A stretch of DNA of 14,415 nt, taken from assembly GCF_006345805.1 (NCBI RefSeq), contig NW_021825728.1, positions 1-14,415 on the forward strand, read 5' to 3'. The notes under the pieces were generated by a model, which made no database searches, was not told the origin of the DNA, and saw only the letters and a list, made by a program, of their open reading frames with translations. How positions within the stretch are numbered: the stretch's first letter is position 1; every line of letters starts with the position of its first letter. This document shows positions 8,030-14,415 of the stretch, in pieces. The stretch comes from Octopus sinensis (taxonomy: Eukaryota). Position numbers and translations under genes: made by a program.

Positions 8030-10712
8030 AATGTATGTACACACAAGCGGCTAAGGCCGAGCTTCCCTGGGATTATTAATACCTAAAATAGATATTATCT
8101 CATCATTTCCTTATATTTTGGGTAAACTGTTTTATAAAAGATGCCAAGATACCGGAAATCCTCAGTTTGTCTGTGAATGTTAATTCACTGAGAATTGTAA
8201 ATACACAGAACATAAGAAAAAAAACTAAAATACAGTTTACCTTTATATTCATATTTTCTGTGGTAAATGTTTTAAGAACATACGCTACATTTTTCAAAAT
8301 ATCTTCAAAGTAATTTCTTTTCTAATAAGTAAATTTTACAATGACTAACGTAGTGCTTGAAGTATACAATGTTCTTATTTCGCCCTTGGTTGCAGACAAG
8401 TGGTGAAGATCCCACACTGGATATTTAGAATGTCGTCTGGCAAGCTAAGACTTCATAGATTTTATCTTACAGAATATGGCTTATTGTACTCTGTACCTTA
8501 TATATCTTCACCTTTGCAACTATACTCCACATAAGGTATTTTACGCCCACAACCCTTTCATTACTAGATTTATTTTGATTGAGAACTGATGTTAGGCTTG
8601 CTAATCATCATCTCGTAGGGAAGATTTGATAATTGTGTTGTTATCACTTTTCATTAGTGAATTCATGAGTTGTTTTGTCTTTGCTGGTCCATTTCGTTAA
8701 ACCTAGTTTTATTACACTTTCATGCTATTATATATATATAATTATAGACATATCGTTAAATGTCGTCACTAATTACAATAATATTTATATATATCTGATG
8801 CTACCGATTCACTTATTAATGATAATTTAGAGCTCAGGCATTCAAAGTTGATATTATTTCTGTGTGCTTGCATTTTTCTAATGATGAGTTTTAAGGTTGG
8901 CGCTGTTGATTATTCTTTTGAATTATGGGCCATATTGTGGGCCACAACCGATTGTGCCCTTTGTTTATTTCCGCAAGAATCGATGCGGGATGAAGAAATA
9001 TTTATAGTTATAAGTCATTTGCATTATTCGGTAGCTTCATAACATCTATGTTAACTAAGTCTAAAAGCGTTAGCGGTAATACACTTCGGAAACTACATAG
9101 AAGTCCCTTTGTCTAGCTTGGTATCATTGACACCATTGGACAATGAATGACTTTCTCACTGAGACTACAGCGCTGTCATATTGTAGACTGAGTGGAAGAT
9201 GGGTGATACGCTGAGCCAAAGGGCAGCAGTGTTTGCGCCAACAAAGTATTTCCTTATTTGACGTAATCCCTATATTTACAGGCTGTTCCATTGTCAACCG
9301 CCTCGTAACCTACCGAATAGTAGATTCTCACTCAAGATTTACACATTCGCACATACATATTCATAGCCATCCTTAATGCGCGAGTGGAGCGAGTATGTCT
9401 TGGCAACATATCTAATGCTTTTACTAATTGCTTCAGGTGCCTATGTATTTCCGAGCTGACATAGATACGCTTTTATATCTCCAATCCTAAACCTAACCCA
9501 GCTGTCGCATCCAATACTTGACTGGTACACATTTACAGCTGCGTAGACTGGATCAATCCCTATCAACGTCCCAAACACCGAGCTTAGTTCAAGAACTGAA
9601 TCAATCACATTATGATCGTGGAGCGACATGCTAATCACTGTGTCATATCTTTCACACACACTGAGGTACTACAAGTAGAAACTGATACCAATAGCTCAAA
9701 TGCAGCCCAAAACAATTTTCCCCTGTCATCAACAAGTCACTGGATCCACGCTCAAATCATATCCAGTGCTATGGCAGTTTTAACACTCAAAACATCTCAG
9801 CTCAGATGTAATCTACTGGCTGAGGCTAAAGTCACAGAGATGGGAAAATGATAGAATATCATAAAATGCCTGACAAGAAATTTAAAGTTGTCTCTTGAAT
9901 ATAGTCCAAAAGCTTTTCACACAAAAACATTTAAAAATCAAATGATTCTGGCAGCCATAAAGAATTCTCTTCTGTTTTCTTTTGATCCTGAAGGAAGTCA
10001 CTTTTGAAGTAGAACATCACTATAGCAGAAAGTAGATCCAGTGTATATCTAGGACGGAATTTATAAGACAATGTTTTTTTCTTTTTAGAATCAGAAAATA
10101 TTTCAATCCTAACAACTCCCACATTTTGACGCTCAAGTAACCAAAGTAAGACCACTCTTTTTATTAACATTCCTTCAGTAATATTAACCGCTATGTTTAG
10201 TTCTTCATCCTCAGAACGTCAGCTTCTGGAATGTCCTCCATGTCCTCGTCTTCTTTCCGGCGGGAATTTATCTGTAACAATTTAAACGGATCATTACCAT
10301 CATCACCCCCACCAATATCGCACAACCAGCGACATTAATGAGCACAACTCCTTCAAAACGCAGAAAGTAAAAAGAAGTGGGATTTGAACTTAAAATGGAA
10401 AGAGCTAGAAAATGTCCATACGAGACCCAGTCCCACATCCCTACCCTCTGTCTAGTCCACTGGCCTCTTCAAGTACGCAAAAAGCCGTAAGATAAGGATG
10501 TCCTCGGCTAGATTTAAAGTCATTACACCGTTGCCTTCGTTGACAAATCCACACTGTATGCAGTTCTTCGTCGTCTGACCTCACACCAACTGTTCACATC
10601 ACCCAACTCTCATCTCTAACTCTTCCCATCGCCAACTCTTATCCGATTTTTAATTACCCACAAGGGTCTAACATAGAGGGACAATACGCACATTTGGGGA
10701 CAATTAATATAT

Positions 10713-11192
10713 GAAAGAACAGAAGAAGAAGACGAAGAAGAAGAAGAAGAAGAAGAAGAAGAAGGAAAATGAGGAAGAGCAGGATGAAAAGATGTAGAAG
10801 AAGAGAAAGAAAAACAAGAATGGTAGGACAAAACCAACATCAAATCAACAACATTAACACAATAAGTAGAGGAAGTAGAAGAAGAAAATGGAGACGAAGA
10901 ATATGTAGATGGAGATAATAACTAATACGATGAAACGAAGGAAACGAAAATGACGAAAAGAAGAAGATGAAGAAAAAGATGAGGAGTAAGAAGAAGAAGA
11001 CGAAGAAAAAGAGGAGGAGTGAGAAAAAGAAGACGAAGAAAAAGAGGGGGAGTAAGAAGAAGAAGAGCAAGGAAGTGGAGGAGGAGGTAATGAAGCTGAA
11101 GTGGAAGTAGAAGTTAAAGAAGAAGAGGAAGGAGGTGAAAAATAAGTAGGAGAAGATAAGAAGAAGAAAGGAAAAAGAATTAGTACAAGAAG
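10713..11192. repeat. Purine-rich tract of unit 3, with a perfect (GAA)10 at 10734-10763
   Basis: Direct reading; homologous to 5710-6130. Confidence 0.9.
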
Positions 11193-11196
11193 ACTT

Positions 11197-11738
11197 TCGA
11201 AATGAACCTGGCAACGAAGAACCACATTACGCAAATAATCCGGCCAGGTATGCCTACTTCCTCCACTATAATCAAATTGGATTGCTGGGCTGCCCCCCGG
11301 GTACCGTAATTCGCAACATCATTTCCTAAATTTAAGATGCTTATTGTTACAGTTATATTGATATTAGCTGATTTAGTAACAGAATGACAGTTAATTATTG
11401 CATGTCTATATTACGTTTACAATTAAAAGTGATATTGTTAGACTAATTAAACTGCAGATAATTACGAGATTCTCTTAAATTGCCTGACTATGAAATTACG
11501 TAAATGAAACATGTAAAATAGTCCGGTATTATGAAACTTATTTTTATTAAAGACGTCATCGGTAATATTTAGATTGATATCATAAACCCGATACGTTTTT
11601 AGAAATAAAAACACATTAGTTATAATTCTACAAATTTCTTTAAGCTTAAGATTTAGCTGATCTGTCTGTTGCAGTTCAACTGAAAAGTACCCTAGATTGT
11701 ACAGAGTGGGTTCGACTCTTCCTGAGTATTATTTCAGA
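11197..11738 (-). repeat. Inverted copy (about 540 bp) of the block at about 389-913 and 5024-5500
   Basis: TCGAAATGAACCTGGCAACGAAG at 11197 is the reverse complement of 5478-5500. CCTGAGTATTATTTCAGA ending at 11738 is the reverse complement of 5024-5041. Confidence 0.93.
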
Positions 11739-12398
11739 AATTCTGTTTACTGCTGCTGAAAACTGCAGATGAAACAATTTTCATGCATCCAATCACAAGG
11801 ATGATGCAATGGGCAAAGCACAAGTTTATGAATGGTTTTCACGATTTAGGAGAGTCCACTTGTCGCTTGAAAACCAAGTCATTCATGACAACCGTCGACC
11901 TCCCAAACATCATGAAAATTCATGATCTGATCGTGGAGGACCGTCACTGAGCAATTGATGAACTTGTTGACATTTCGGTTTTGCCCTGGAGCTCCTGCCA
12001 ATGAATTTTCTGCGAGGAATTGTGAATGAAAAGCGTTCCAGCAAAATATATGCCTCGTTTGCTCACGGAATATCAAAAACAGTCACGGCTGAATGCGTGT
12101 CGTGAGCTAGAAGAACCGTTATGAGGTAATCCTAAAGTTTTTCCGAAGGTCATCACTGGTTTCGAAAGCTGGTGCTACGGAATTTGAAGATGTTGAAGTG
12201 AGGAAAGAAATCGATGGGGGCGTTAAAGAGCATCACTTCGGAATAGGTCCAACACTGATTCCAGCAGCTGAAAAGGCGCCTGCAACGATGCATTGATTAA
12301 AATGGAGAATACTTTGAACACAATAAAAGTGTAAATATGTAAAACTTATTGAATAATATAATATTGCAAAATTACTGTTTCTTTTGGGCAGCCCCTCG
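11737..12398 (+). mobile_element. 5'-truncated duplicate of the defective mariner (right TIR only)
   Basis: Starts at GAAATTCTGTTTACTGC (equivalent to 7363). It reads VITGFESWCYG, has the same internal deletion and shared stop codons, and ends in CTTTTGGGCAGCCCCTCG. Confidence 0.9.
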
Positions 12399-13355
12399 AA
12401 TGTATGTACACACAAGCGGCTAAGGCCGAGCTTCCCTGGGATTATTAATACCTAAAATAGATATTATCTCATCATTTCCTTATTTTTTGGGTAAACTGTT
12501 GTTTAAAAGATGCCAAGATACCGAAAATCCTCAGTTTGTCTGTGAATGTTAATTCACTGAGAATTGTAAATACACAGAACATAAGAAAATACTAAAATAC
12601 ACTTTACTTTTATATTTATATTTTCTGTGGTAAATGTTTTAAGAACATACGCTACATTTTTCAAAATATCTTCAAAGTAATTTCTTTTCTAATAAGTAAA
12701 TTTTACAATGACTAACGTAGTGCTTGAAGTATACAATGTTCTTATTTCGCCCTTGGTTGCAGACAAGTGGTGAAGATCCCACACTGGATATTTAGAATGT
12801 CGGCTGGCAAGCTAAAACTTCATAGTGTTTATCTTACAGAATATGGCTTATTGTACTCTGTACCTTATATATCTTCACCTTTGCAACTATACTCCACATA
12901 ACAAGGTGTTCTACACCCACAACCCTTTAATTACTAGAATTATTTTGATTGTGAAATGATGTTAGGCCTGCTAATCATCATCTCGTGGGAAGATTTGATA
13001 ATTGTGTTTTTATCACTTTTCATTACTGAATTCATGAGTTGTCTTTCTTTATTGGTCCATTTCGTTATACCTAGTTTTATTACGCTTTCATGCTGTTATA
13101 TATCTATAATTATAGACATATCGTTATATGTCGTCACTAATTACAATAATAATTATATATAACTGATGCTAACGTTTCACATATTAACGAATATTTGGAG
13201 CTCAGGCATTCACACTTGATATTATTTCTGTGTAATTGCATTTTTGTAATGATGAGCTATAAGGTTGGCGCTGTTAGTCATTCTTTTGAATGATGGGCCA
13301 TAGTTTGGGCCACACCGATTGAGCCCTTTGTTTTTTCCCGCAAGAATCGATGTAT

Positions 13356-13723
13356 CAGGGGTCCTTAACCTGAGTCTTGTTGTAACAACACAAAATATAA
13401 AAGGCAAATGTTAAAATGTTAAAATATAGGCAAATGTTAAAGCTACAATTCAGAAATAAGTGAGGGTTCTGAGGGAGATGAAGAGGGGTCACCAATTACA
13501 GAAATGGTGAGTGGCGCTAAAATAGTAGAATAAGAAAACTAAGGGTATTATGCGATAATTTTGCATTTTTTTCATAAACTTTTCATTTTTTGACCATGTT
13601 CTCGTTAAGAAGATAACATATATAATTAGAGAAAATCCTACTTTTTCGCAAGCGGTCGCGCTCCTTTCAGAGTTATTGACGCACTCTGCCCCAGGGAGCG
13701 CGCTCCTAGTTTAAGAACCACTG
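13356..13723. mobile_element. hAT (Charlie-like) non-autonomous element / MITE, 368 bp
   Basis: The left end CAGGGGTCCTTAACCT and the reverse complement of the right end CAGTGGTTCTTAAACT match at 13/16. These resemble hAT-Charlie TIRs (CAGTGGTTCTCAA). Subterminal AAATGTTAA occurs three times at about 13406-13440. The right flank ATCTCGAG resembles the NTCTAGAN target consensus. No matching TSD on the left. Confidence 0.65.
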
Positions 13724-13940
13724 ATCTCGAGGTAAACAACGTACATGATATAGACACTGAATTACACACTAATTTTTATACACTCCCATTAACTCATCCA
13801 TACACTGAGACAGGTATTTATATATAAACACAGGTATGCATTAACTATGCCTCCTCAAGTGTCACACTGATATATATTTATATACCATCTGTCAGAAATG
13901 CAACCACACTCACAGTCACAATCATTCGCAAACATCCCTT

Positions 13941-13941
<1 letters not shown>

Positions 13942-14000
<59 letters not shown>
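13942..14000. repeat. Perfect (AG)29 microsatellite
   Basis: Direct reading. Confidence 0.98.
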
Positions 14001-14002
<2 letters not shown>

Positions 14003-14415
14003 CTTTAGATATAGAGGGCTGAGGGTGCTTAAAAGGATGGATGAGAATATATTAAATAGTTAGAAACCTATCGGCAATGAAATCCTGTGAACAAGACTTT
14101 AAATTAAACAACATTAAAACAATTACATTAACAGGATTACTGAAAATATTATGATAAGGAGAACGATGGCAACAACAACAACAAGTAAAGACTATGTTGA
14201 AGCATTAGTGTATGAATAAAATTGTTCTAAATATACAAGCACAAAGAATATTCAAAGATGTTATTTAACGTCGACCTAGATGTATTCATCGTACATAATA
14301 TACACACCGTATTACAAACACACGTGTTAATACGCTGCCATACACTCATTCATACACACAAACATATTCTTATGATAACGATGCGGATTCGCAGCATTTG
14401 TTGTGATGATGGATA

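Larger units (their letters stand above)
3247..9183. repeat. Array unit 2 (most complete, about 5.9 kb), containing an LRR exon, a SINE fragment and a mariner with both TIRs
   Basis: Anchor spacing to unit 3 is 5934-5950 nt. It contains most blocks found in units 1 and 3. Confidence 0.9.
1..13355. repeat. Degenerate tandem array of three rearranged multi-kb units; probably continues left of the window
   Basis: Anchor GGGTGATACGCT occurs at 22, 3267 and 9201. Anchor GCCACA(A)CCGATT occurs at 2991, 8941 and 13309. Homologous blocks recur in the same order with roughly 85-98% identity by eye. Position 1 already lies inside a repeated block. Confidence 0.95.
9184..13355. repeat. Array unit 3 (rearranged, no LRR exon)
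   Basis: 9184-10520 matches about 3250-4585; 10521-11196 matches 5516-6130; 11197-11738 is an inverted match to 5024-5500; 11737-13352 matches about 7363-8985. Confidence 0.9.

Noticed and set aside
14069-14125. Short matches to the unit (TATCGGCAATGA; AACAACATTAAAACAAT) right of the array
   Set aside because: These are short AT-rich matches with no surrounding alignment and no LRR exon nearby, so probably chance.
1-14415. CRISPR array, rRNA, tRNA gene or prokaryotic operon
   Set aside because: There are no short regularly spaced repeats, no RNA gene structure and no long complex ORFs. The content is eukaryotic intron-like DNA.

Overview
AT-rich, repeat-dense eukaryotic genomic DNA. A SINE fragment I recognise from octopus sequence suggests an octopod genome (inference). 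Positions 1-13355 are a degenerate tandem array of three rearranged copies of a multi-kb unit (about 1-3246, 3247-9183, 9184-13355). The array ends on the right at a hAT-like MITE, followed by unique sequence and an (AG)n microsatellite. The ORF track misses the key feature: units 1 and 2 each carry, on the minus strand, one 72-nt, AG/GT-bounded, phase-2 exon encoding exactly one 24-aa typical leucine-rich repeat (1852-1923 and 6447-6518). The two exons differ at 14 of 72 nt, all in amino-acid-changing codons and mostly at the exposed xxLxLxx strand, while flanking intron is about 98% identical. Unit 3 has lost its exon through a deletion/inversion. The window looks like the interior of an LRR gene that grows and shrinks by duplicating exon-plus-intron modules and diversifies its binding face. 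It also contains two copies of a dead, internally deleted mariner element and long GAA-rich tracts. The long ORFs in the track are low-complexity artefacts.
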